Shown here one piece after another: positions 62,401-64,000 of a stretch of DNA of 64,000 bases. The stretch is from contig NIVC01000768.1 of the NCBI GenBank assembly GCA_002269645.1, positions 62,001 to 126,000 on the forward strand, read 5' to 3'. Source of the stretch: Macrostomum lignano. Its lineage: Eukaryota. Under the pieces are notes generated by a model. It did not search any database. It was not told where the DNA came from and saw nothing but the letters and a program-made list of their open reading frames with translations. A program made the translations under genes and the position numbers. Position 1 is the first letter of the stretch, and the number at the start of each line of letters is the position of its first letter.

Positions 62401-64000
62401 GAGGACAGGAAGCCTCATGGGCTGTCAGGACGGTCTTGCTGAGCAAGTCTGCAAGGTCATCCACTTCCTGACAGGTGGTTGGAGCGACGGTAGTCAGCTG
62501 ATCTGTCTGGCATTTCAGGGTTTCCGTGAAAGCCGTCCAATCAGTGTTCCGGACGTTCCTTTTCCACAGAATGTGAGGCTTGGGGCAAGAGGATTGCAAA
62601 CGAAAACGAACGAAGCGATGGTCAGACAGAGACTCCTCTTCGTCCCACACCTCCCAGTCCTTGACTAAAGGAGCCAAGCCATGGGAGACGAGGGTAACGT
62701 CGAGGGCCTCCGTCCATCGCCCGTTGTCAAAGGTGGGGGTTCCACCAATTTGCAAAACTCAGTGTTGGTGGTGCAGATGTAAGCAAGGAGTTCCTCGCCT
62801 CTGCTATTGGAAGTATTACTGCCCCAGTGGGTGTGGTGAGCGTTGATGTCGCCCGCCACCAGCAGCTCGAACCTACGGTTAGAGCAGTAGTCCACGAGGG
62901 AGGTGAGGTTGGGTGGAACCGCGGGGCCATCGCCAGGGATATAGATCGAGGCGATGATGACCGTGCGGTTGGTGATAATGTGGTTGGACTGAATGACACA
63001 GAGGTCTCTGTCAGAGAGGTCCGGTCTGTGCCAAGCTTTGAGGTGGGTAGATACGAAAATGGCTGCTCTGGGGTTTTGGGGGTCTTGAAAACAGTCAAAA
63101 CCAGCAGGAATATTCGGAATCTTACCTTTCTTTGTCCAGGGCTCCTGGAGTAGGATGATGCCCGGTTTCGCAAAGTTTGCCACCCGCATCAGGTTGGTCG
63201 AGGCCGCGATGCAGTGGTGCAGGTTAAGCTGCAGGATGTCCACTCCGGGAATTCCACGAGTGGTCCGCGCAGCTTCCTGCCGGCTCAAGGCGAGTTGTGC
63301 AGGAGAGCTGCCTCTTCTGCCTCGCCGATAGCTCCAGGCTCCAGCTCCATGGGCTCCTCCCGGATGGATTCCATGGTCGAGGGCGAGGTCGCTACCTGGG
63401 CGGCATTCTCGCTCTCGGCCCGGTTTTCCGGGGGGCCGCAGTGGTGACACTGGGCTGGGGGTGGCTGCGGTTGGGGGCCTTGGCGGTGTCCAGCAGCTGT
63501 TTCGCGCGCTGAGTCAGACCAGAGCGGATAGTGTTCCGGGCGGGTTTCCGGCCCTTTCCACGTCCGCCTGTTGCTGCAGCTTTCGCGGCTTTCCCTCTGA
63601 CAGGGTCCACGTCCTCGGAGGGGTCGTGACGACCGGGAGCTTCTTTTCCTGGGCGTTTCCGCCCGGCAGAGCCCCCGACTGCCCGCTTACGCTTCTCCGG
63701 GGGCGGTGGGCGGGTGGCGTCAGACTCAAAGCTAAAGAGCTGAATCTGCAACAGCCCGACAGAGATGATGGACATGTCCGGGTAGCGGAGCATCCAGCTA
63801 TCCGACAGTCCAAGAATAGCCGTGAAACCGTCTCCGCCTGGCTTGGAGATGGTCTCGTGAACTACGACACCGTTGGCCGGTAGCTCCGGGTTGGAAGCCA
63901 CTAGCAGGTGACGCAGCTCGTCGGCCTTGGTGATGCAGCTGCGAGCCGGAATCCAGGCACGGTGCCGGTGTGTCCGGGGTCGCTCGTCCTCCCTGTAGAT
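59452..64000 (-). mobile_element. Non-LTR retrotransposon (LOA/Lian-type, R1 group), 5'-truncated by window edge, multiply frameshifted
   Basis: ORF1 tail (RAWIPARS..LLVASNPEL, DUF4780-like). ORF2 in successive frames: APE (ILQLNLHH, LLQEPW, GDINAH, DVTL, SDH), RT (PGPDNI, RPISLTSFFLK, LDIDGAFNNV, PQGGVLSPILW, YADD), RNase H (FTDGS, HSDSQAA, WIPGHSG..NELAD.LAK), Cys finger ([14 protein letters not shown]). The 3' tail is (TAAG)n(TAC)n at ~59452-59480. Confidence 0.92.

Noticed and set aside
59874-63883. Plus-strand ORFs over the LINE, and antisense ORFs over GC-rich exons elsewhere
   Set aside because: Shadow ORFs of GC-rich coding sequence on the opposite strand.

Overview
AT-rich, minisatellite-dense eukaryotic (metazoan) DNA with GC-rich coding exons and GT-AG introns. 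The style suggests the flatworm Macrostomum, but that is inference only. I reconstructed eight host genes by hand with frame-consistent splice phases. Four are tightly packed on the minus strand: ATAD5/ELG1-like, CTNNBL1, MSH2 and a VIT-vWA gene (VWA5A-like, running off the left edge). The others are a 3-exon gene with two tandem NRF1/EWG-type DNA-binding modules, an intronless secreted PAN/LamG-like gene nested antisense in its first intron, FUT8, and an AP-1 sigma subunit. Almost every long intron carries its own tandem repeat, and several of these are built from splice signals. Mobile DNA includes a four-level nest of non-autonomous DNA transposons, several MITEs, a Tc1 remnant, a tRNA-derived SINE family (4 copies) and a frameshifted LOA/R1-group LINE at the right edge. 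Most notable: CTNNBL1 appears to lack its own start codon, and its first exon begins at an unpaired splice acceptor just after the ATAD5 polyA signal. This fits an operon resolved by spliced-leader trans-splicing, with the leader supplying the AUG. No CRISPR array, rRNA or intact tRNA was found.
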